From IMG/VR virus record IMGVR_UViG_3300037247_001786, positions 160,001-224,000 of that record: 64,000 nucleotides of DNA, one strand, 5' to 3'. Below, piece by piece: positions 1-11,900 of the stretch. How positions within the stretch are numbered: the stretch's first letter is position 1; the number at the start of each line of letters is the position of its first letter. This DNA comes from a virus (lineage: Duplodnaviria > Caudoviricetes). The position numbers were made by a program, and so were the translations under genes. Below the pieces are notes generated by a model, which had not been told where the DNA came from, searched no databases, and was given only the letters and a program-made list of their open reading frames with translations.

Positions 1-2
1 AT

Positions 3-3000
3 GATAAATATGTCTCTACTGCTCTATTAAGAGGATTACCGACTCAATCTGGAATATTATCTCCCGCTGAAAATTTAGTAGTAACGATTAACGTGGTTGA
101 TGTTGATTTAACATGGGATTTTACATCAGGGGCTTTTGATGGATATGAGATATATAAATCTATAGGTAATAAATATTCATTTGAACTTATAGATCATGCT
201 GCTGCGTCAGCAATCAGCTATACAGATGAAGATGCTTTGTTAAAAGATGGAGAGACTTATTATTATTTAGTAAGAAAGTATAAAGATGAAACTATTATTT
301 TTGTATCTAGTTCAGGGGTAACTCCTTCTGAGTCTATTCTTTTAGGTTCGGTTAGAACGTATACCGATAGCGGGCAACAAATAGAGATTACAGATTTATC
401 GACGACATTGAAAGACTTGCAAACCCCCCTTGAGACTATTGTTCAAGAAAGGATAGCAAATCATAAGCATAATATAGATGATATTGGACAGGATAAAAGA
501 ATAGAACTTAGATCGAATAGTATTGTGACGGACTGGATAACTACAGACTTTCAATTATATACTACGGAAGAAGATATAAGTGGAGCAGAAAATTATATAG
601 TTAGGGTTTTTGCAGAGGTAAATGAAGATTATTTTACGGACGATAATGGGATTCAGAATACAGCTGCTATCAAACAAGCACAATCTAGCTCTCCTCCCAT
701 ATTGTATACAATAGATTCTGAAAATGGAACAATTACTTTTGAGACACCATTATATACTATTTGCGAAGAGCCAGAAAACCCAGATCCCCTAGACACAACT
801 AACGTCTGCCCTGTAACCCCATACTCTTCTACTCCTTCTGTCTCTATTGAGCTTCTAGGTATTTCTGAAGTTAGTAATCTTATTACTGATGGTACAATAG
901 AGGATATTAACGCTACTCAAATCACAAGTGGGATTATAGATATCCTTCAAATGCCTTCTGTGAAACATGACGGGAGGATTGCAGAAAGGCTGCTGCCTAT
1001 TAGATTATTTACTCAATCTTTTGACAATTTTACTTATAGCCTATCAGATACCTATATCGATGATTCTCGAAATCGTATGGGAACATCTGTTACTTTTTAT
1101 GATATTATAAATATTGCCGGGAATAGCGATGAAGAGGATGACATTCTCGCTGCGACTAGTAGCGGTATTTGGTTTAGTCCTGATTGGGGGAATAACTGGT
1201 CACAGAAAGAAACTTTTCCAGAGCCAGTTCATAGGGTGTACCAGTCTTCTGATAATAAAACTTATGCTATTACTAATTATGACGTTTTCCTTAGCGATGG
1301 TAGTAATTTTGAATCTTGGCTACAGATGGCTGGGTTATCTGGAGTAAAGGTTATTAGAGATATCACAGAAGATTCAACTGGGAATATTTACATTACTACT
1401 GATTTGGGAGTGTTTAGATTAAATGAAGATAAGCCATATATCGAGGATACGTGGGAACAGCTTTCTATCTTTGGAGTAAGAAGTACTGAAGCTTATGGTA
1501 TTATTTATATTCCAGAAGAAGATAAAATATTTACAAGTAATGAATTAGGGATACTTGAATCTGGCAATGAGGGGGCTAGTTGGTCTTTCATAAGCGAATT
1601 TGACACAACTACAAAGGTTATAAGATTTTTAAGAAGCGATAACTATATTTTCGCATTAACCAATAATAAAGTTTATAGGAAAGAAATAGGAGTTGTAGGT
1701 TTTAATGAAATCTCATCTTTAACTGGAGTTGAAATTAGTAGGCAAATAGTTATTTATCAAGATAAAATATACATAACTACTGATGATGGAATAAAGGTGT
1801 CTTCTTCAAATAATATTTACACTGATACATCTATAACCTTTTTATCTTTGTGGTCAAATATTAATGAAAAAGGCGTTAATGCAATTATGACATCTTTAAA
1901 TGTCATTTCGGATAGTTTATTCGCGGGTAGAGATAAAAAACTTTATGTTTTTGACGGGGAAGAGTTGTGGTTGCAATATGAACAGCAGGGAACTATTATC
2001 CCAACTGTTATTGTTAATAATGTAGAGCAGAAGTTGGGCTATTATTATAATAATGAAGGAGAGTTTCATAATATAGCTTTTTATGAACAAGTTAATTACG
2101 AAGATATCGTTCAGATATCGAATAGATATGATATTTATATTTCACAATCTAGAGGTTGGGTGGAACAGAAATTTGACGCAAAGGTGAACTTATGGAAAAA
2201 TAGATTATTTCATTCAGAATCTACAGAAGAGATAACTATAGATCAAAATGAATTTATACAATTTCAATTTCCAGAATATGATGACTCTAATTCTAATCAA
2301 GAGACAGCTCTTGAGTATCAAACTTTAATGGAAGATTATCTAGAAATTTTGACTGGATTAACCCTCCCAGAAGGCGACGATCTTAGAGAGTTAATCACAG
2401 ACACTCATAATGTTTATCAAAAATTTATCTCTCAATTATATAGAGACGCAAGAGTTATTGTTACTGAAAATTCAGACGGAACGACAACTTCCACTAGTTT
2501 AGTATTCCCAAAAATAAATATTTCTTTAGTTACGAGAAGTCCTATTATTACTGTAACAGGTAGCGTAGATTATGAAGAGACCTCGGCCGGTGTTTTTTAC
2601 AATGCTTCAAATGGTCAATTCGATTTTGAAGATGATTTGGACAAGGGAGATATCTTAGAAATAGACGTTTTAGGAAGTACGGTTGAGAATGCAGGAGATC
2701 TAACTCATAGGGAGTTAGAGGATGAGTTAGAGTTAGTTAATTCAGGGTTCCCTTCTGTTTTGTCTCAAGTTAGTCAAATTAACAATGTAAAATTAGGTAT
2801 ATTTACAGAGATTAAATGGCCTGGGCAAAGAGAGCTATACGTCTCTCCTTTACAAGCAGAGTATATCATTCCAGATTCTGGCAATTGGTACGACACATTC
2901 AATTCTACAATAAATTATGAAGAGCAGATATCAGAAGACGATATTTCTTTTGCGGTACTGTATCCTACTTCTGTCCTTTATATTTCAGAAATAAATAGTA

Positions 3001-3797
3001 TACTCGTAGGAGGAAGAGGGGGAGCAATAAAAATAGAAGTTGACACTTTAGATATAGACGAGATAGATATTTTAGACATTTCTTCAGAAACAACAAGACA
3101 GATAATCAGAGATGGAGATATTATTTATATCTTAACAGATATAGATATCTACAGCTCTGAAGATTTTGGAGCAACATGGGAAATAGTTGATAAAGCAGGT
3201 CTTCCTAGCAATCTTGGATCAATTAGTTTTGCTCAAAATAATATGATTATCGGGGCATCCGATGGAATCTATTTTAGAGCTTCTCAATTTAGCAATTGGG
3301 AGAAAGTTTTATCTTCTAATAATATGGTAAGTATCTTATCTAATCCTGATATATTATTTGCGGTAGTAGATAATCAGATATACACATCTGCTAATGGATA
3401 TAGTTATATTAATTTAAACGTCTCATCAGTAGGAAATATTACGCAATTAGTAAAACATGTCTCAACAATATATATCGCTACTGATCAGGGTCTTTATAAT
3501 GATACGGCAACTTTTTATGGAGGAAATCCTAGACTTACTCAGGTTACATTAGAGGGTAAAGAGGGGGTAGGTATTAATGATCTATATACAGATCAAACAG
3601 ACTTAATGGTAGGCATGGAAGATGGTTCCTATTTTCAGATAAATACTGAAGGGTCGGTTCTTAATGAATTTTCTTCTTTAAATTCTATACATAAAATTTT
3701 ATTAGTTAACGGAGAGATTTATTTGTTTGGTTTCGACAAAATGAAAGTTTTTGATATTGATTATCCGATAAGATTAACAACGGGAGTACCTTTATAA
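3..3797 (+). CDS. Large acidic virion/adhesin-type protein (N-terminal FN3-like domain, two BNR/WD-like beta-propeller blocks); 5' end lies outside the window
   Basis: The frame is open from base 3 (DKYVSTALL...PAENLVVTINVVDVDLTWD), so the GTG at 93 is internal. FN3-like LTW...EIYKS...SYTD...GETYYY; repeated Asp-box-like SxDxGxxW / SGNEGASW / SEDFGATW motifs. Confidence 0.65.
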   Translation, partial: DKYVSTALLRGLPTQSGILSPAENLVVTINVVDVDLTWDFTSGAFDGYEIYKSIGNKYSFELIDHAAASAISYTDEDALLKDGETYYYLVRKYKDETIIFVSSSGVTPSESILLGSVRTYTDSGQQIEITDLSTTLKDLQTPLETIVQERIANHKHNIDDIGQDKRIELRSNSIVTDWITTDFQLYTTEEDISGAENYIVRVFAEVNEDYFTDDNGIQNTAAIKQAQSSSPPILYTIDSENGTITFETPLYTICEEPENPDPLDTTNVCPVTPYSSTPSVSIELLGISEVSNLITDGTIEDINATQITSGIIDILQMPSVKHDGRIAERLLPIRLFTQSFDNFTYSLSDTYIDDSRNRMGTSVTFYDIINIAGNSDEEDDILAATSSGIWFSPDWGNNWSQKETFPEPVHRVYQSSDNKTYAITNYDVFLSDGSNFESWLQMAGLSGVKVIRDITEDSTGNIYITTDLGVFRLNEDKPYIEDTWEQLSIFGVRSTEAYGIIYIPEEDKIFTSNELGILESGNEGASWSFISEFDTTTKVIRFLRSDNYIFALTNNKVYRKEIGVVGFNEISSLTGVEISRQIVIYQDKIYITTDDGIKVSSSNNIYTDTSITFLSLWSNINEKGVNAIMTSLNVISDSLFAGRDKKLYVFDGEELWLQYEQQGTIIPTVIVNNVEQKLGYYYNNEGEFHNIAFYEQVNYEDIVQISNRYDIYISQSRGWVEQKFDAKVNLWKNRLFHSESTEEITIDQNEFIQFQFPEYDDSNSNQETALEYQTLMEDYLEILTGLTLPEGDDLRELITDTHNVYQKFISQLYRDARVIVTENSDGTTTSTSLVFPKINISLVTRSPIITVTGSVDYEETSAGVFYNASNGQFDFEDDLDKGDILEIDVLGSTVENAGDLTHRELEDELELVNSGFPSVLSQVSQINNVKLGIFTEIKWPGQRELYVSPLQAEYIIPDSGNWYDTFNSTINYEEQISEDDISFAVLYPTSVLYISEINSILVGGRGGAIKIEVDTLDIDEIDILDISSETTRQIIRDGDIIYILTDIDIYSSEDFGATWEIVDKAGLPSNLGSISFAQNNMIIGASDGIYFRASQFSNWEKVLSSNNMVSILSNPDILFAVVDNQIYTSANGYSYINLNVSSVGNITQLVKHVSTIYIATDQGLYNDTATFYGGNPRLTQVTLEGKEGVGINDLYTDQTDLMVGMEDGSYFQINTEGSVLNEFSSLNSIHKILLVNGEIYLFGFDKMKVFDIDYPIRLTTGVPL

Positions 3798-5791
3798 TGG
3801 CTTTTAAAGAAAAAATAAATTTTGACGGGCTTATAGCTAGTCAGAAGGCTGGCCAGAAAGTTGCTATTTATGATAAATATATGGCAACAAGCGGTTATGA
3901 TCTTAGTGATGTTACTATTTATGAAAGAAATAATAAAGGAGAGTGGGAGCATTTAGAAGATTCGAACAAATTAGCGAATTGGGAACATGGAATATCTCTG
4001 GATATGTATAAAGGTGTCCTGGCGATTGGGTCCCCTAGATCCACTGTTTCCAATCTTGGAAGAGCCGTGGTGGCTTCTTCTTTAGACGATTTTGTCGATG
4101 AACAAAATTTTACTCCAGATGATAGTGCTTCATCAGTTGTATTTGGTTCTTCAGTTTCGTTGTCAGATAGCTTTTTCGCGGTTGGCGATCCAGGCCACAA
4201 TTCTAACAGAGGGGTTGTTTACATTTATGTAAAAACAGGAGACAATTGGGTAGGAGTGACAAAAGAAGATTATATGGTTATTCCAAATGACGCGATAGCT
4301 AATCAAAATTTTGGAACATCTGTTTCAATAAATGAAAATTTCTTAATTGTTGGAGCAAGAGGCGATAGCGGCAGTAAAGGAGCTGTTTATATTTTTGAAA
4401 GAGATAGCGACACGGGTGCATGGGAGCAGTCTCAAAAGATAATTGCTTCAGATGGTCAATCAGGAGACGAGTTCGGAGGTGAAGTCTCCTTATCGGGTGA
4501 TTATTTTGCAGTTGGTGCTGAATTTACTGATGCATCTGATCAAGAAATAAATGTTGGTGCAGTTTATATATTTAGTTATTCAAATAGTTGGAATGAATTG
4601 AGGAAGATAACAGGAGTTGGAGAGTCTGGATTAATAGCTAATAACTTTGGACATTCAGTTGATTTGCAAGATGACTATTTAATTGTAGGATCTCCTGGAG
4701 CTAGGAATAGTGGAGTAGCGGATGTTTTTTACAAAAAAAGAAATTGGGGACATCTAAAAAAAATAGTAAGCGATTCAGTCTCTACAGGAGATTCTTTTGG
4801 GGAAAGTGTTAGTATCTATCATCCATATTTAGCAGTTGGTTCTCCTGAAATTGCTTCTGGTCTTGGTAGATTTTATATTTTTGAAGACCCTCCAATTAGA
4901 CTGCGTCTTGCACAGGAGTTCGAGGTTAACGAAGAATTCGTACCAACAAAAGCATCTGTTTATTTAAAAAGAAGTGGAGATAATTTAAGTTCTTCGTGGG
5001 CATTGCGGAGTAGTAGAGCTTCCATTATAGATGCTTCTAATTTTTCTTCTATTAGTCAATCTGATAATAAAGTTATTTTTGATGATAGAGTGTCTGGGTA
5101 TACCGGAAATGGATATATGGTTTTATCTCCAGAAGATGAATTTGATATTGTGGGAGGAGACGACAATAGTTATCCTATAGTTAATTATCCAATAAGAAAT
5201 TCAATTCCAGATTATTATAATTTATGGATACGATGTTTTTCTGCTGATTTTGGAGACCCTAGTTCATCTAATTTCGAAGCTGATATATTATTGGATGGAA
5301 TAGTTGTTAAAAATATATCTTCAGTTGTAGGGAGCGACGAGTGGTTATGGCTTAATACTTCTTTTATTTTGCCGGATACTCAACAGCATATTTTAGGAAT
5401 AAGAATGAAGGAAAAGGGAGCAATAATAGATAAGATATATATAGATGCAGATTCTGGAACTGTGCCAGAAGGAGACGGTCCTCCTTATTTAACATCTCCA
5501 TATATTACTGCTCATATGAAAGTCTATGATGGGTATGGGTACTCCTCTCCAGTCGATCCTCTATATATTTATGACTACAAAACTTCATTAGATGAAATTA
5601 TACAGGACGATTGGTATAACTTTGACATAAATGTATTAGATAGTAGACGAGGATATGACATTAAAGAAGATTTTACTAGTAATTTCTTTTTGGTTATGTC
5701 TACATCTGGATCAAATTCAGATAATTTTATTCTTTGGGAGATATTAGAAAAAGATGAATACTCTTCTCAAAATTCAGCAATTAAAATTTAG
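3797..5791 (+). CDS. FG-GAP (integrin-alpha-like) beta-propeller protein with a C-terminal beta-sandwich region
   Basis: Six clear FG.SV.L....L.VG.P...G.VY.F repeats (e.g. FGSSVSLSDSFFAVGDP, FGTSVSINENFLIVGA, FGESVSIYHPYLAVGSP) plus a degenerate N-terminal blade; TAATG coupling to the upstream gene. Confidence 0.8.
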   Translation: MAFKEKINFDGLIASQKAGQKVAIYDKYMATSGYDLSDVTIYERNNKGEWEHLEDSNKLANWEHGISLDMYKGVLAIGSPRSTVSNLGRAVVASSLDDFVDEQNFTPDDSASSVVFGSSVSLSDSFFAVGDPGHNSNRGVVYIYVKTGDNWVGVTKEDYMVIPNDAIANQNFGTSVSINENFLIVGARGDSGSKGAVYIFERDSDTGAWEQSQKIIASDGQSGDEFGGEVSLSGDYFAVGAEFTDASDQEINVGAVYIFSYSNSWNELRKITGVGESGLIANNFGHSVDLQDDYLIVGSPGARNSGVADVFYKKRNWGHLKKIVSDSVSTGDSFGESVSIYHPYLAVGSPEIASGLGRFYIFEDPPIRLRLAQEFEVNEEFVPTKASVYLKRSGDNLSSSWALRSSRASIIDASNFSSISQSDNKVIFDDRVSGYTGNGYMVLSPEDEFDIVGGDDNSYPIVNYPIRNSIPDYYNLWIRCFSADFGDPSSSNFEADILLDGIVVKNISSVVGSDEWLWLNTSFILPDTQQHILGIRMKEKGAIIDKIYIDADSGTVPEGDGPPYLTSPYITAHMKVYDGYGYSSPVDPLYIYDYKTSLDEIIQDDWYNFDINVLDSRRGYDIKEDFTSNFFLVMSTSGSNSDNFILWEILEKDEYSSQNSAIKI

Positions 5792-5803
5792 GAAAAGTTT
5801 AAT

Positions 5804-5971
5804 ATGAGCGTTAGATTCGGTTTCATAACAGATATACATGCCTATCCGATAACTTACTATAAGGCTAAATCAGGTGATTCTGAATTAGATGAAGATACTT
5901 GGTATATAAACACAAATAAAAAACATGCTTTTAAAATATATAGCGATTTTGATCCGATAGAGGATGTATAA
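5804..5971 (+). CDS. 55-aa ORF missed by the track; begins with a metallophosphoesterase motif-I-like sequence
   Basis: Hand translation MSVRFGFITDIHAYPITYYKAKSGDSELDEDTWYINTNKKHAFKIYSDFDPIEDV*; fills the gap between two large genes exactly. Confidence 0.6.
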   Translation: MSVRFGFITDIHAYPITYYKAKSGDSELDEDTWYINTNKKHAFKIYSDFDPIEDV

Positions 5972-5973
5972 AG

Positions 5974-8900
5974 ATGACAAAAAAAATAGTAGTTCCCCCA
6001 GTTGTTGACACTGAGTTAGATGTTAATGTTTTCTCAGATAAGATAAATCAAGTTCTTAATAATGTTAAGATAACTGATAATGGAGATGGTACAGAGTTAG
6101 TCGAACTTAGCCTTGATGGAAGGGTTGTTACTTTTATTATTGATCAAAGTGGGAGTATGACATGGAACGACAATGACGGTTTTCGTCATGAAATAGCTAA
6201 AAAAATAATTGAAGACATTGAAGCTAATTATCCTGGGGAGATTAGGTATAATCTTTTTCAATATGGAGCTATATTGTCAACTACTTTATTTTTTGGAGTA
6301 ATTGAAGAGGATGGATTTAATCCTAATGATATCGATTCTTTAAACGCTTTATATTTTGCCGATGATGAAGCGAATTTTGCAGGGATAAGAGTTGTTAGAA
6401 ATATAGAAAGAGTGGTTGATGGGGATATTTTAACTTATCCTACTTCTCCTATAGATGGAGAAATAGTTTTAGAAGGTTTTATCTCTAAGGCTTTTGAAGA
6501 TAGCCTTGAGGAAGGCACAACTTATTACTATACGGTTTATACCTTTGATAAAGAATTACGTTTTAGTCGGGGAAGGAATGTTAGTGTAGCCCCTAGAGAT
6601 AGGATAGTCCCTAGAGGGGTTAGTATTTTTAATTCTTTTAAAAAAATAGACGAAACTTCATTATCATTAATAGGAAGTGCTGTTCAGAGAGATGAGGATA
6701 TTATTGGCTTATGGCATATGGACGAGGGCGAAGGTCACAGGTTGTTCGATTTCAGCGACACAAAGGCTAACCTGACGTTATTCGATACAGAGCCATCTTG
6801 GGTAGGGGAAAACTTTTCGCCTGCTGGTGAAGGAGCTATGTACTTTAATGGGGTAGATGATTACGCCACCATAAACGATGTGGATGCACTAGACTTAGGA
6901 ACTCCCAAGACTCTTATGGCCTGGATTTTACCTTACTCCGTGAGCGGTAGTTCAGATATTATTTGCTCTACAGACGGAGAGGATGTAAGTTACACTCTTG
7001 GAATTAGAGATGGTAAATTATTTTTTAGTGAAGGTATTCCTGGTACTGGAAGTTCTGAGTGGAGTACCGACTCTGCTGTTATTGAGGTTAACGCATGGCA
7101 GCATGTGTGCGTCACTTTATTAAGTGGAAGTCCTATTTTTTATATCAATGCGAATATTGAACCGTCATCTACCACCTCTTCTGGACCTCAGTCTAGCAAT
7201 GATGGCAATTTATACTTTTCCATAGGAGCGTGTAGGAGAACTTCCGGAATAATGAACTATTTTTATGGGAAGATAACGGAAGTTAGTGTTCATGGCGTTG
7301 TAAGGGATTCTGATTATATTAGTAATCAAGTATCAGTGGAGGAAGTTATAGACCCAGATACAGGGATAGCTTTTACTGATCCATTGACTGGATTGCCAGC
7401 AACTCAGGCATTAGGATTAAAGGGAGATAATGGTGACAGGTTAAACGTATTTAAATATACTGTTCCTGAAGACGCCAATTATCTCGGCGGCGAGGTGATA
7501 ATAGTTAAGAATGAAAAAAATATTCCTACATGGGAGGGGGATGGGACTATTATTCATACGAATACATCGGTTAGTTCAGGAGAGTATTTCTCTACGGATG
7601 CCGATGATTTTGTATTGGGAGAGGAATACTATTATAGAATTTATTCTCAAAATACAACTGGAAATTTTAGCTATTCTTCTGATTCTCCTTCGTTATCTAT
7701 AGATATCTCAACAGGCATTCTTCCAGAATATATTCCAGAATTATTAACTAATATAGAAGGACCATCTAATCCTTTTGGGGTTCCTGTCTCTGTAGGAGGA
7801 AATAGGAAAGTTGGATTACGGTGGAGAAATGATCTGATTTCAGATGACAGAGTAAAGAGAGTAAAAATATATGTCTCTACATCTCTTTTTCCAACAGTTA
7901 ATCCAGATGGAGGATCAAGCGGTTCATTAATTTTTACAGGAGATGTATCTGATGGAAGCTTTGTCCATAGGGATATTTCTAATGATATTGAAAGGTTTTA
8001 TACTATAACAAATATAGACAGATATGGAAGAAACTCTTCTGCTCAGATAACAAGTTCATCGACAACTTCCGCTTCTTCGACATCAGCACAAGAAGCTCTT
8101 ATCCCTTTACTTGAAGTGGAAAATTTACATTATGAAATAGTTAATGACGAGTCTGTAAGTATCATTTGGGATCAGCCAATTCAAAGACCAGAAGATTTAC
8201 ATAGTTTTTTCGGAGAAACTGTATTATTATACGCCACTATTACTGACCAATTTGGACAGCCTATACCAGAGGATTCTCTTGTTGAGATGGTAATAGAATC
8301 GAAGATTACAAAAGAAACAGCAGTAGATGATGTATTTTCTTCAGGTGAGCCATTATCATTTACGGATGAAGAGTCTTATTCTTTTGTTGTATCAGGTATT
8401 AAAGATGGGATAATTCAAGCAAGTCTTAGTATGTCTAATGATTCTAGCGTTTTATCTCAAATAAAAGAAGCTAAGTTCACAGTTAAAGTTAAGTCATTTA
8501 TTCCTGGCAATTCATCTAATTTAAATAATTCTTCTGATGGGCAGGCTAGCTCCAATGTCTCTAGCTCCGCACTTGGAGCGATCGCCGATTATATAAATAC
8601 GATTAACGAATTAATTGAAGATATAGAGGGGGCTGAAGAAGAGGTTGAGTCTTCAGGAAATATATTTGAGTACACTTCTCAGCCACTAAATATTGTTTTT
8701 TCTAATCCATGGGATCTCGAATTAGTTAATAGAGATAATAGAAAGGTTGAGCAAAGATGTTTTTATTATAAAAAAGATACAACTACAAATGTCGATGTTT
8801 TAACTCAAACTGTTGAAAGTTTTGATGGAGCCTATATTCGCTCAACAAATCCTTTTGTTGCTAGAGCAAAAGTTACATATAAGGGAGACGTTGTCTCTTC

Positions 8901-11900
8901 AGGATTTGTTGATATTGCCGTATGGGATGCAGAAGCCGACTTATGCAGTTGTGCTACAGAAGACGCCGATCCTGGTTGCAAACCTGTTTTTAGTAAAACG
9001 CAAGTTAGTGAAATTGTAAGTTTACCATCTTATAGATTGCCAATAATTAATGGGACAGAGAATACTGTTAACTCTGTAGGAGAGACAGTCTCTACCCCTA
9101 TTTCATATATAGATGTGTCTCTTTCTTCTACTGATCTGCCTTTAAATATTAAGTTATATGCTAAGGGACAATTTGCAGGATTCTCGTCATTAAAAGAATT
9201 AGATATCGTATTTCAAAATATTTTAAGGATAGATCTAAACGCACAGGCTCCTCAAGCAGATGGAGTTAATATAGTCGAACAGCAATCTACTGTTTATATT
9301 ATTAATCCTGATTTCCCCGAAAATCAAGATCTTTATACTTTTCCAGTAAACCAGTCTATAGTTGAGTGGAAGATAGATCCTAAGCATGCTTTTAGAAGTA
9401 GAAGTATAGGAGGGGGATCGCTAACTGGTTTAACTGGAGTAGATATCATACCTCGCAATTTATATTCTATAGACAACGTTCCTGTTTTTAACGGGATATT
9501 TTCTTACACTAGAACAGGTACAGCAAGAAATGTCTTTTTGGGTCCAGCCGAAAATAGAAATGAAAGCATAGCAGAAACTTATGAGTTATCGGCGTCTATA
9601 TCATACGAGGGATTAAGTGATCAGTCTAAGCAAGAAATTATTATTAGTCACGGCGGGTCTAACTTGCAGTCATTTGGTGCAAGATTTTTAATGGAAACTG
9701 AATATAGTTATAAAAACGCTCGCGGAAATAGAATATGGACAGATGGTATTGACTATAAGAAAATTTATATCAGTAGGGATCCGACAGTTGCTGATTATCC
9801 AGAGTTTTTATTTGGAGATATATTTAGAAATTGTGCCGACGAAGAGGGGTCTCCTGTTCTAGAACTTAATCCCTCTGGACAGGTGGTTACTTTAATAGGT
9901 GACGAGGATATCGAATTTTTATGGGGAGAGATAACAGAAGTTGTTGATCCATATACAGGGCAAGAGTATCTAGAGATAGGTGATGACGGCTTTATAGCGT
10001 CTGGAACTGCTGATGTGGAATTAAATGATGAATCTATTTCTGACAGGACTACTGTTTATTTTAGATTTAATAAATTTACTCAAGGTTCTAAATGCAATAG
10101 AGATAACACTCCTCCATGTAGGGAGGTCAACCTCGGATGCTTAGGTCTTACTTCTTGCGACTTACCTCTCGGTAATTCTTTTATATCAGGTGAAACATTT
10201 ATTTTTGTAAATGGAGAACCTTTAAGGCTCGCAGGTGGAGGAGGTGATTCTGGGGGAGTTCCTCCATGTCCTGTTTGTTTTAATGAGCCTCTAAGAGTTT
10301 CTACAGTTTGGACAAAGATAGATGGGAAAGATACTCCTGAATTAGGAGTATTTCCTGAACCTGAATTTGGAGTACCTCCTAAAGATCCTATAACTGTTAA
10401 TTCGGTTATGGATATTAGGGTTGAGGTGTCTTTTGCTGGCAAACCAGTTCCTAATAATACTCCCATTACAACAGTAGTTGGAAATAATGATGGGAGATCC
10501 GTGTTTAGTGCTTTGAGAAATATAGTTTTTACAGAGATTCAAGACACTGATGTTATCGATGAATATACTGGAGATATTGTAGTTGAAGCAGATGGAAAAA
10601 GTTATGCGGATATTAGAATCGTCATATTAAACGTTCCTGAAGTTACTTCATCAGAAAAAATAAAGATATTTTCTACATATGATGAAACGGAATTAACAGA
10701 GAGAAAAGTCGAAAACATCTATAGTATGACTTTAATAATTAAGGACATACCGGACGAAGAAGAGGAGGAGGATGTCCCGGACGTTATTGTTCCTCCGGAA
10801 GAAGAGCAAACAGTATATTCTAAAACATTAGAGAGATATGATATAGATTTAGATCAGTGGAGTTACTCTACGGATATGAGCATTGCCAGATCATCACCAT
10901 TTGTGGGAGTTGTTAATAATATCGTTTATGTTTTTGGAGGCTTTATAAATAATGACACAGATATTGCTCCTGAAACAGAAGTTTACTATCCTTTAACAGA
11001 TAGTTGGTCTTTTGCTTCTGATATTCCTACTCCTCGTTTTGGGGGGAGTACGGTTGTTGTTGAAGATAAGATATATACGATAGGAGGTTGCTATTATAAT
11101 GATCAACAACAAAACATAGAGGTAAGCAATTTAATAGAAATGTATGACACGACAACAGGAGAATGGTCTACCCTAACAGATATGCCTTCAGTAGGGATAG
11201 GTATAAGTGAGCAGTCTTACGGGGTAGCTTACGGAACAGCGGTTCATGTGGCTTTAGAAACTGGTAGCGATATCTTTAATTATATATATGTGTTGTCAGG
11301 TGCAATCGAGGTTTACGATGGGAATAGTGGAATTGAAATAGAGGCAGTAAATGATAGAATACTAAGATATTGTATAGAGACTGATAGTTGGGAAATCAGT
11401 TCTATTCCTTTATTCGGTTCAGATCTAAATACCTATCAAAGAATATCGCCGTTATGTTTTTCTGTAGACAATCAAATTGTTGTACTTAACGGAGCATTAG
11501 TTGATTTAAGTACAACTGTAAATGAATTTGTTTTTATTAATGAAGTATATACCATTACCGTAGTGGGAGATATAGATTTAACAGATTTTATATCATCTAG
11601 TTTTATCGGGACAAAACCGTTAGCTAAATATCAATCATCTTTAGTAGAATATCTTCCAAATCCTGCTTATGAGCCTAGTTCTAGTTTGCAAAGATTTTAC
11701 TTTATAATAGGAGGAGCAAACCAGGATTCATTGAATCTAGACATAGTTGAAAGACTTGACCCATCGGTTCAGCCTTATGGGTACACAAATAGCGAACTGT
11801 CTTTGGACTCTTTATCTAAAGGAAGAAATGCTCTTGGGGCTGCTTTTGCTTATGGTCTTGATGATGAATATGGAAGTATATCACCTTTTATATATGTGAT

